This document shows, piece by piece, positions 13,232-24,022 of a stretch of 64,000 nucleotides of DNA. This stretch comes from Geosiphon pyriformis uo1 (Eukaryota; Fungi; Glomeromycota), in contig JAAOMT010000128.1 in NCBI GenBank assembly GCA_016748015.1, positions 2,669,913-2,733,912 of the forward strand, written 5' to 3'. Every line of letters starts with the position of its first letter. Position 1 is the stretch's first letter. The notes beneath the pieces are model-generated. The model made no database searches. It saw nothing but the letters and a program-made list of their open reading frames with translations, and was not told the DNA's origin. Position numbers and translations under genes: made by a program.

Positions 13232-16200
13232 TAAAATTCCAATTGAACTAAACTAAACCAAACTTTGGGTGTTGTTCAAGTTTAGTTGAAATTATAAACC
13301 AAACTTAAACTAAATTAATTTTTCAAAGTAAGTTCAATTTGAGTTTAGCATTAAATCTTTTTAACAAGTCTGAGTTTGGTTCAAGTCTGGTTTGAAGTTT
13401 ACAAATTTGTTTAAGTTTGATAGAATTAAAAAAAAATATAACTTATATTACTTGTTTATTAATCATTACTTTGTTTAATTACTATAATCAATTAAAAAAA
13501 ATATAAAACTATGTATATATAACAACTCTACTTTCTAACTTTTTAAAATGAATTCATTGTTGATATTATTTAATGTTACTAAAAATTCAAAATTCGAAAT
13601 AACAAAATTTGATAATCTAAATAGTCCAAATATTAATATATTTGGTAAATATAGTTTTTAAAGTGAAGTATAAGACTATTTTGATAAGTTTGAATAGACA
13701 AAAAAAAAACAGCTAAATATATTTTTAAAATATGTGCATAAACCATTTTTTTGTGAAATTACAAACACTACCAAACTTTTATAATACTATTTAAAAGCTT
13801 CTTATTAAACAGTATATGTTACAATAAAAAAATATCATAAGAAAAGACAAAATATCTAAAAAAATTGCAAGTCAATTGAAAAAATGTTTTAATAGATAAG
13901 ATTGCTATTTTTTTTTATAATTTTTGCCCAATCTAACTAAAAAACTGTTCTAATCTTCTGTAATAACTGTTATTAATATTGATAATAAAAAACTTTATAA
14001 CATAATTACTATTTGGCTTATCAACTATCAATAACTATTTCTTATAATAAAATACTTAAAATTAATTAAAATATTTCAATATTAGAATCTTACTTTTCAA
14101 TCTGTTTGTGCTAATACAATTAAAAATAAAATCATGAAACTTTATGTCTTAAATAGACAAAAATTAAGAATAAGCACTATTTTTATTATAAAATGTCTTT
14201 TTTTTATTTATACTTATAATATAATAAACATACTTAAGTATTATTAAGTCCAAAATTTTTTTATATTAGATTTCTGGACATTTTACAATAACAAAGTCTT
14301 TGTTTTTATTACTATTTATTATATTAATAACAATTAAAACTTTTAATAAACAATAATTGATTTTGGATTAATAAGTAGATAATATAATAAAATAAATATT
14401 GCAAATAGATTTTTTAAAATATTAAAAAATTGTAGAATTATATTAAAAATATATACATATATTTTTATATAAATTTAGATTAATAAATAGCCAATAATAA
14501 GATCAGTATATCATATAACATATTAGTATTATCTAATACTCAAAGTTACTATAGTGCTCATATTATTAAAAATTGTGTTTTCTTAATATTAGCTTAAGTT
14601 TGTTTTTATTATTGTCTCAAAACTGAATTTTCAGCATTATTATTATTTAAGACTTAGAATTATTATAGTATTTATATCATTAAAAACTGCATTTTTTTAA
14701 TATTAACTTAAATAAATTTTATTATTGTTTTGAGCCAAATTTTTAACCAAAAAGTTTAAAAAAAAAGTTTAAAAAAAAGGTATATTTACTCTTTTTTTAT
14801 ATGAGTTTACTATTAATTTATTAATTATAACCTAATTTTTTTCAATAGCTTTTTGCTATTACTATTAATAATACTACAAATAATAATACTTTTATAAAAG
14901 AGTTAATAAGAAAATTAAAAAAAAAACATTTAATAAAACTCAGAAGATCTTTAATTTTAATGCTTTAATTATATTCTAAACTTAACAGTACAGACAATCT
15001 TAGATAAAATAAAAAATAATGTTTTTAAAATATTTGTTAAAAACCCAAACTGAATATATTTACTCAAAATTTTCTAATATAAACTTTGTATAAATTAAAG
15101 ATTAGAGAACTTAACTTTGCAATCTATATCTTGTTCTAATGTTTTAAACTCCTTGAATATGCTTGTAATACATATTAAATTAAATACTATAAACTCATTC
15201 TGGATTGTTTTATTTGGTAGAATTCTACTTATAACATAGTTAAAAATCAATTATCTTTTAAATTAGCAAGTCATTTATTTTTAATTTTGTATATTTTGAA
15301 TACAAAAATTATAAGTGTAAATTTATAGGCATTAAATACTCTTATTAATACTTATATTGACTTTTATTAATATATTATTTTATATAATTAGTGGGCTGTT
15401 TTCAATAAAATTGCTAAATTTTTTAAATTATTTAAGAATATTATAATCAAAATATTAATTAATTCAAATAATACTGTCTTTGTTGTTATTTCTCTTTTTA
15501 ATATTATTTTTAATTACATTAAAAACACAGTTAATGATAATAAATTTGATAAAGCATTATAATCTTAATTGTATTTATTTAGTTATTTATTTAACATATT
15601 TAATATTAAATTTATTACTTATTGTAATAACTAGAACAGCAAGAAGAAAGTTGATTAAATATTATTTTAAAACAAATACAACTATAATGCTTTGTATTAT
15701 ATTAGATTTAAGGAGAAAATTCTATTATTTTATAAAAAGAGAATTTTTGAATAATAATATTAATAAAACAAAAAAATTGTAAGCTATTAATTTATTTAAA
15801 AAGTTTTATTTTTCAACTTTTACATGATAAATAAATCTTTAAAATATGTACTTTCTTTAAAATAAAATATACATTGGACATTATACCAATATCAAATAAC
15901 AGTTTTTTGTTGAATAGCAATTTTAATAATACTATAATATTAATTATATGATCCATATTAGAGGCAAACTTTGACAATAATAAAGAAAAAAAACTTGACA
16001 AAATTAATTATTATATCTGTGAAAAAATAGCCAATAAAAAATGAATATAATAGTATGATAAAAAATATATTACAAAAAATATTTATCTAAATTAACATTT
16101 TATTATAATTTAATATTTAGACATATTAAACACAATTTTTTCATTTTGCATATATGACTCATAATTATTTGACAATTCAAAAATTATTTGTTGCTTTTAA

Positions 16201-16556
16201 ACAGGTTTTTTCTACAAATAAAAATATAATTACAAATATAAGATCTTGTTTAGTACTTAAAACTATAAAAACAGTATAGTATTTTTAATTATAGATACAA
16301 GAACTATTAAAAAGAAAATTAAATAATAATATAGTATAATATAATGTTTTTAATAGTCAAATCTGAATATGTTCATAAACTTTGAATTGAATTTGAACTA
16401 AACTTGTTGTATATGTTTAGGTTTAATTCAGATTTATTAATTTTAAGTCTAATTTAAGTTTATATTCAAAATTTTGCCAAATTTTTTGTTCAAGTTCAGT
16501 TTGGTTTGGTGGTTTAATTGAACTTAAATTAAATCAGACCAAATATTAGAATTCTA
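13232..16556 (+). mobile_element. hAT-superfamily DNA transposon, decayed, inserted in the RNase H of D
   Basis: TIRs taaaattccaat and tagaattctaat (reverse complement). 8-bp TSD ctgctaat (13224-13231) and ttgttaac (16557-16564) differ only by C/T. Subterminal aaacc/ggttt repeats. Confidence 0.85.
13548..16325 (+). pseudogene. hAT transposase relic (BED finger, DDE core, hATC dimerisation region)
   Basis: Relic motifs SEV*DYFDKF (~13660), DFWT (~14270), W*NSTYN (TRWNSTY-like, ~15215), KLIKYY...LCIILDLRRK (ORF 15480-15782) and an ASEQVFS-like motif (~16190). Confidence 0.75.
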
Positions 16557-19494
16557 TTGTTAACATAAACAATAATTTACATATTTTTATTGTTAAATTA
16601 AAATTTATTGATATTTCATATTTTTATTAATTAAATGATTGAGAAATTTGACAATTTCTGAAATTTTTTAATAAATTTCTAATAATAAGAAACTAATTTT
16701 ATGAATTTTTTTAATTCTGTAATATTTTAAAAAGTTTTAAAATTTTTTATAGCACTAATTGTTTCTAAATTAAATTGAATTCTATTTTTGTTAACAATAT
16801 ATTCAAAAAATATTAAGCTTATTTTTTCAAAGTGGCATTTTTTAATATTTAACTTTAATTCTGCTTTTCATAATTATTAAAAAATTTCTTACAAATAAAT
16901 AAAATAAGCTTTAAAAATTGGAAAGTAAATATTAGTGTTATCAAAATAAATAATTATTAATTGCCATAAAAATTTTTTGTATACAATATTTATAGGTTGC
17001 TAAAATTTCATTAATATATTGCAAAGTTTAAAAAGCATTATATTGAACTCATAATTTTCTTCTTAAATGGTAAAAACTGTTTTGAATTGATCTTTGAAAT
17101 CTATTTTAACTTGTTAATATTTGTTTTTTAAATTTAAAGTTAAAAAAAACTTAGCTTTTCTTAAGATATTTAGCATGTTGTTAATTTTTAAAAAAAAGTA
17201 AACATCTTTAATTATTATACTATTAAGTTGATAATAGTCTACACAAAATTGAATTTTTTTATTTTTTTTTTTTATAAAAACAATTGATAAAGCTTAAAAA
17301 TTTTTAGAAAATTAAATAAGTCTATTGGTAAATATTTATTGAACTTTTTTTTTAATAAATTAATGGCTAACAGATAAGACTTAATAAGCCTATTGGCATT
17401 TTGGTAGAGCATTTTCTGTGTAAATTTGATGTTAAACAATATTGGTTTTTCCTAAATTGTTATTATTTCTAGCAAATATATTAGTATGTTCTGCAATAAA
17501 TTGTTTTAATTGTTTTTATTGTAATAGTTTTAATAAATCTATGTTGATTTGAAAAAGTTTTTTTTTAATTAAATAGTAGTTTTTAGTAGTGGAAATAATA
17601 TTTGGGTTTAGAAAAAAAATATATCTTATAATTTTAATAAAATTAGAAACAATTTAAAAGATTTTATTTTGAAAAATATTACTATGTATAATTTTGATTT
17701 CTAAATTATTTAATAAAATAATAAAATAATTATTGGAGTTGTAAAATATAACATAGAACTTTTTTCTTTTTTTAAGAATATAAATATTTAGGATGACAAT
17801 TTCGTGTTTTGTGCAAATCTGTTTATTTGATTTAAAAATTTGTTGTGTAGTAGTTTTTGAGCAAATATAAATTTTGTAATATTCTTCAAAAGATAAAATA
17901 GTAATTGGCTAAAAAAATCAAAAAATCTAGTGAGATTTATTCTGTGTATTAAGAATTATGGTTACTGAAATTGTAAATTATTTTGTTATTTTTGCCTAAT
18001 TGTTCTCTTTGATTAACTAATTGCAAATTCGGAATATAAATTAAGGGCAAATAAATAGTTTGAACAATTTTTTTGACATGTTTAATCTTAAAGAGTTTGT
18101 CTATTTTTTTTTATAGTGTAATCGTAATATCTCTAGTGTATTCTGTATTTATAATTCTTTTTCTAATATTAATTTTTTTGTTTATTAGTAATAATTAAAA
18201 AGCAATTTATACTATTGTTTTTGGTGAAATTTTGAGAATAATTTTCAGTTTGATTTTTGTTAAAGACTTTAATTAGAAAACCAAAATATTTTTGCCAGAA
18301 TATTATAGATCATATATTTTAATAAAATCAATATTAATTATTATATTAAAAAATACAATATTATTAATATAAGCCAAAAATAAAAATTATTAAGTTTAAT
18401 AATTCAAAATTACACCAAAAGCCAGTTTTTTTTTGATTTATAATTATATTATATTATTTATACTTGTTCAATTTTGTAAAAATTCAAATCTAATTTATTG
18501 TTTATTATAAAGTAATTTAAAATAATCTTATAAAATAAATATTTTATTATATTAAATACTATATAATTTTTATTAGTAATAATTTTTTTTATATATTTGA
18601 CTATAATTAACTAAATATTTAAATTAAAAACTAATTACATATCACAAAGCTTATTTTTTTTGGCTTTAATTATAACAAATAAAATAATATTAATATTTAA
18701 ATTTATATTTATTTAAATAAATATAATTTTAGATATATTAAAACAAATTTAATATATTAATAACTTATAAATTATATGTTAAAAATGTAATTAAATTACA
18801 TTAATAATCTTAAATATTAAAAATTTTAGTTTAAAAAACATAAATAATTTCTTAATTTAAAAGTTTTTAAAATTACAAAATTAGATTTTCCTAAAAAAAA
18901 TATTTATTAAATTATATATATTATAACAACAATTATATTGTTTTTAAATTTATAACTTGTGTAAAATTTTTAAATAAACCAAACAACTTATTAGTTTTTA
19001 ATAATATAATTTTCTTAAAATTAGACTACTTTTTAAAATTTATATTTTTAATATTGTATTTTTACTTATTTTTGTTAATCTGTTTTTACAAAAAATTTAA
19101 TTAAATATTTAAAAACTATTTAAATTTATTAAAACAGAAATAGTTTTATAATTAGTATTAAAAAATTTATTTATATTTAAAGTATTGCAAATAGCTATAA
19201 TATTATAAAAAAAACAATAACAAAAATAAAATTAATAATTTTTTTAGCTTTTTATAAATTGTTTTATGCTTTTGTTTTAATAAAAAAAAATTAACCAAAT
19301 TAAAATTTAAATATTTTATAAAACTAACACTTTTTTAAAATTGTTTTTATTAAAATTTATAAATAAGTTTTTATTTATAGTTTTGGCCATAAAAAAGTTG
19401 ATTAAATTAGTTTACCTAATATATATAATCAATAATATATCAGTACAAAAACACAAAATTATAATTAAAAGTTTATATTTAAATAATAATTTAA

Positions 19495-20225
19495 TAAAGA
19501 TTTAATTAAATTAAACTAAATCAAACTTTAAATATTATTCAAGTTTAATTTAAATTATAAACCAAACCAAATTTTCAAAATAAATTCAGTTTGAATTCAA
19601 AATTAAACTTTTTTAACAAGTTTGAATTTGGTTTAGATATGATTTAAAATTTACAAATTTGTTTAAATTCAATAAAATTAAAAATATATATATTTTGTTT
19701 TATTTATTTATTTATTAATTATTATTTTGTTTAATTACTATAATCAGTAAAAAAATATATATAAAAATATATATATATAACAACTTTATTTTTTAACTTA
19801 CTAAAATAAATTTATTGTTTAATGTTATTAAAAATTTAAAATCCTAAATAATAAAATTTAATAACTTAAATAATCTAAATATTAATATTTTTAATAAATA
19901 CTAATTTTTAAAATAAGATATAAAACTATTTTAATAAGTTTAAGTAAACAAAAAAAACAGTTATATATAGTTTTAAAGTATATGTATAAATTATTTTTTT
20001 GTAAAACTATAAACACTACTAAATTTTTATTGTATTATTTAAAAACTTCTTCCTAAACAATATATATTACAATAAAAAATATCATAAAAAAAACAAAATA
20101 TTTAAAAATATTACAAATTAATCAAAAAAATATTTTAACAGATAAAATTGCTATTTTATTATAATGTTTTGGCCAATCTAACTAAGAAATTATTTTAGTT
20201 ATTTGTAATAATTATTATTGATATT
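19495..20225 (+). mobile_element. 5' fragment of a second copy of the same hAT family
   Basis: Collinear with 13232-~13985 (subterminal repeats and BED region), further AT-eroded. Confidence 0.75.
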
Positions 20226-20335
20226 AAAAAAAATTAATTTAAGTTTAAGTTTAAAATTATATTATTTATTTTTTTATGTTATTAAATAATATTATTTTGT
20301 TTAGTAAAATTGTTTATATTTTTTATATTATACAT

Positions 20336-21002
20336 TGTTATTTATAAAAAGAAAACAGATATAAAAAATAGTAGACCAATAAGTGAGTAATAGTTAGCAC
20401 ATAAGCACATTGTTCAACAATATAGAGCAATGTCAAAAATCATGGCACATTGCTTAGCAATGTGGAGTGATGTCAGAAATCATGGCACATTGCTTAGCAA
20501 TGTGGAGTGATGTTAAAAATCATGACACATTGCTCAGCAATGTGGAGCAATGTCAGAAATCATGGCACATCACTCAGCAATGTGGAGCAATGTCAAAAAG
20601 ATATGACATATTGCTCAGCAATATGAGCATTACTTGAAAAATTATAGCATATCACTTAAGAATGTGAACAATCTCATAGAACCCAAATTATGTATATATA
20701 GCAGTAGTACTAAAAGTAGAAAGTGATCAAGCAGTTAGAAACCTTTCACATCATCAATATCAATAAATAATTATTCGCCATCTTAATTCACTCTCCACTA
20801 TCAACACTTCATGTTGATAGTAATTGCTACTTAACTCCACTAGAACAATAGCTCTTGATCATGGCTATTGATGAATACTAACTTGCACATTGCCTTGGCT
20901 CATTTTTTTATTCTTCTTTTATTTTCTTTTTTTCTTTTCTTTGATTTTATTGTTGTATACTAATTGATTAAGGATTAAAGCACTGAGTAATTGACGTCAT
21001 AG
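20336..21002 (+). repeat. 5' LTR of C, first part; continues at 30477-30774 after element B
   Basis: Aligns with 39073-39145 plus 40089-40643. Confidence 0.9.
20403..20680 (+). repeat. U3 tandem array of LTR C: 7 x 40-bp units containing a 19-bp palindrome
   Basis: Unit ggcacattgctcagcaatgtggagcaatgtcagaaatcat contains CACATTGCT-N-AGCAATGTG. It lies between CCAAT (~20376) and TATA (~20694). Confidence 0.9.
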
Positions 21003-21842
21003 TGTTATGGGATGGTTTTCTTGGTATATTTTAATTGTTGATTTCCCGTTTTTAATTACAATCAGTCTTTCATGAGTTTCTCTATTTTATGTGTTGAATA
21101 TTAATGATAATGTACTGAAGATTTTCTCTTGATGTTGTGATGTAAGTCTTCTCTTTAATTTTAGTTGTCTTTGTATGTTGTGTATTCCTTCCCAAAGGCT
21201 AATCTGAAATCTACCTGCTGTCTGAGGTCTTTTCTGAGGCTATCCTTGCAATTGCCTAATGTGTTTCTTTAATTTAGAAACACAGAATGTTAATGGCCTT
21301 TTTGTGATTTCTCTAAGTATATAATAAAGCTTTTTTAATTTAATTACTAATCACATGAATAATCTTGATCAGGAATTATTCTTCCAAAGAGTTCAAAGAT
21401 AAAATGATAATTTCATTCGCTAGAGAGGGTATGTAAATTTTATTGTTAATCTTGTAATTGTGATGTTCATTTAATTTATTATTTTTATTAATTCTTTTTG
21501 AATAAGATTTTATTTAAATATTTGTTGCTTCGAGTTGAAGCTTGTTCAATTTTTCATTATTAAAACTATTGTATATATATATAATTATTGTTTTACAAAA
21601 TAATGTCTTGTAATACTCTATTTTCATTATTTCTAAATAGTGCTTGCTGCTATTGTGAAATAGTGCTTGCTGCTTTTGTACAATAGTGCTTACTGCTATT
21701 GTAAAATAGTGCTTGCTGCTATTGCACAATAGTGCTTGCTGTTATTTGTAAATCATTTCTTTTTATAAATTGTTGCTGTGCTATTTCATGATTGGTTAAT
21801 TTATATTATTTATAATTTCTATTAAATTCTTGAACTGTAACA
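21003..21842 (-). repeat. 3' LTR of B
   Basis: Direct repeat of 29637-30476 with TG...CA ends. Confidence 0.95.
21636..21750. repeat. U3 tandem array of LTR B: 5 x 23-bp units (also at 30270-30384)
   Basis: Unit aatagtgcttgctgctattgtga with inverted AATAG...CTATT ends, between CCAAT and TATA on the minus strand. Confidence 0.9.
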
Positions 21843-21857
21843 TTATCCCTTCCTTTT
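21843..21857 (-). promoter_or_regulatory. Polypurine tract of B
   Basis: AAAAGGAAGGGATAA immediately before the 3' LTR. Confidence 0.85.
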
Positions 21858-21861
21858 AAGA

Positions 21862-22526
21862 TTAAGCTTTGTCGAAATCGAAGTTAATTTCTTCATTGAT
21901 TTCTATATTACTATAATAATCTAATACTGTATTATTAATTTGTTGTTGTAAATTTTGAAATTGTAAATTGGTTAATTGTCCAATGCTATTAATTGTTATA
22001 AAATTCATAGTTGGATCTAATAGTACTTTGTGACAGTTTTTGAAAGCCTTAAAAATTCTGTAAACAGCTTTTATATGAAGTATATTGTTGGTTTTTCCAA
22101 TAAAACTTTCTAATTGTTGTATTGTTGTTTTGCTGAATACTTTGACTGAATCTTTTGAATATAATGTTTATATATTTAATTGTTTTCCCAATTGGTAATA
22201 ACAATAATTAATAGTGAATTTTTTTTTCAGCTGTCCAAATATACTTGGTGTTAATTCTGCTATGTTTATTTTTTCTGTTATCAATATATTGTCCAATGCT
22301 ATTCCTAAATTTTTAATGGTTTTGTCGATAAAACTGTTACTGTTTTTGGCAATAGTAGTATATGATACAAAACTAGGTTTCTCATTTATCGTAGAATTTA
22401 GTATCATTTTTTTTTATATAATATCTTGGAACTATTAATTGTAATTTCCAAATCTGAATTTGATTGTTGTAAGCTTTAACATAATTGTTGAGTTAACTTA
22501 CTAATGTTTTCTGAAATATATGTCAT
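21862..22526 (-). pseudogene. Element B ORF3, unknown accessory protein, ~220 aa
   Basis: MTYISENISKLTQQLC*SLQQSNSDLEITIN..., a frameshift near an A-run, then ORF 22168-22407 ...FTINYCYYQLGKQLNI*TLYSKDSVKVFSKTTIQQLESFIGKTNNILHIKAVYRIF...FDKA*. Confidence 0.8.
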
Positions 22527-22611
22527 TGTTTTAATTCCTGACTGCTTTTTGGGCTCTTTTGCATGCATTTTTATGCTTTGTTAACTGTTTCTTGGTGTAA
22601 TTTAAGATTAA

Positions 22612-23991
22612 TTATCTTTTTATATAATGTTCAATTAAAACTACTGGTTCTAAATTTCGCAGAATCTGATCTTGTAATACTAGTGGTATTTGTGTTCCAA
22701 TTCTAAGTGTTTGTGTTGTTATTACTGGTTTGTTGTAATATAATTTCAGCTGGTTGCCATGTGCTGCTTTTCTTAAAATTTTCTCATCCAGTCTTAACTT
22801 GTATGCTCCATTACCAAGTATTTCATAAATATAGAATGGTCCATTCCACTTGTAGTCAAACTTTCTACTCCATTGCTTTTCTGCTTTGGTACAATGCAAC
22901 AATACTTTGTCTCCTATTTTATAGCTAATTATATTATCTAGTAACTGGTTATCATGTCTCACTTTTTGTTGTGCTTGTGACTGTTCAATATTTTGAGCTG
23001 CTTTTCTTCTTTTGTTCTCCAAAATTTCCATTAACTTATATGTTCTTTTAAGTATTGTTTCGTGGAATGTTGTTTCTGTAATAATTTTATTTAGATAAGT
23101 TGGAATAGTAAGTTTAATTAGTAATATGGTCTTTCTTCCATAAACCAATTCAAATGGTGTAAATTGTATAGTATTTTGTTTTAATGTCTTATATGCTAAT
23201 AAAACTGCTAGTATGAACAAATCCCATTCTTTTTCATGTTCATTGCTGATTTTGGCTAATGCTTCACATAGTGTACAGTTAAATTGTTCAACTAATTCAT
23301 TTGTTTGGAGGTGGTATGGTAATGATAATCGTTGTTTAATTCCAAATTTTTGGCTGAGCTTATTTAGTGTACTGTTTACGAAATGTGTCTCTTGGTCTGA
23401 CAACAATTCTTGTGGACATCTATGGCAGCAAATTAAATCTTCATGTACAAAGTGGGCTACAGATATAGCATCAGCTGTTTAAATGGCTCTGGCTTCTGGC
23501 CATTTAGTAAAGTAATCTACTGCTACTGCAATATAACAATTGTTTCTTGCTGTTATTGGTAATGGTCTAACTAAATCAATTCCAATTCTATCAAATAGTT
23601 GTCCAACTTTTATGGGTCTTAGTGGTTCTGTTGTTTTTGTTCCTCCTTTTCATTGGCATGGGTCACAATTTTTTATTTATTGGATAATATCTGAGTGCAT
23701 TTTTGGCCAATAATAATGACTAGTTGTATGTTAAATAATTGCTTCTTTTCCAAAATGGCCTGAATGGATATCTGAGTGTATGTTAAATAAGATAGTTTCT
23801 TTTTTATTTTTGGTTATAACTTTCAATGAATTATCTAGATTTTGTTGATTCTGGTAATAAAGTATGTAGTTTTAAATAAAATAATGTTTTGATAATTTCT
23901 GAAACTTAATTAGTTCTTTTATTGGTGTGTTTTCATCTAGCTGTAGTGTTCTCAAGTATTGGCTAAGATTTTTGTAAAGGTAATTGTCCAT
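22612..23991 (-). pseudogene. Element B integrase, separate ORF
   Basis: ATG at 23991 is in a different frame from the RNase H stop (24023-24025). HHCC, DDE core and KWNGPFYI motif; no chromodomain. Confidence 0.88.
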
Positions 23992-24022
23992 TGTTTATGA
24001 ATTGGTTGTTGTTTGATGGTTT

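Larger units (their letters stand above)
9726..18400 (-). mobile_element. Ancient, extremely AT-eroded Ty3/Gypsy element D, interrupted by a hAT element; right boundary approximate
   Basis: 3' LTR 9726-10699 and PPT relic ~10700-10715. Relics of integrase (~11650-12850), RNase H (VIAYASR-like, split at 13231/16557), RT (~16700-17500, NYEFNI-like) and dUTPase (~17800-18330, YDL and KIALEIP-like). Confidence 0.75.

Noticed and set aside
20403-20680. CRISPR-like array of palindromic repeats
   Set aside because: Units are contiguous with no unique spacers, there are no cas genes, the context is eukaryotic, and the array lies within an LTR and recurs in the partner LTR.
21514-21729. 71-aa ORF duplicated at 30148-30363
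   Set aside because: It is a by-product of the 23-bp array within the two LTRs of B; the duplication reflects LTR identity, not coding constraint.
22612-22760. Chromodomain at the integrase C-terminus
   Set aside because: After the GPF/Y motif there is only a short tail without the aromatic-cage pattern.
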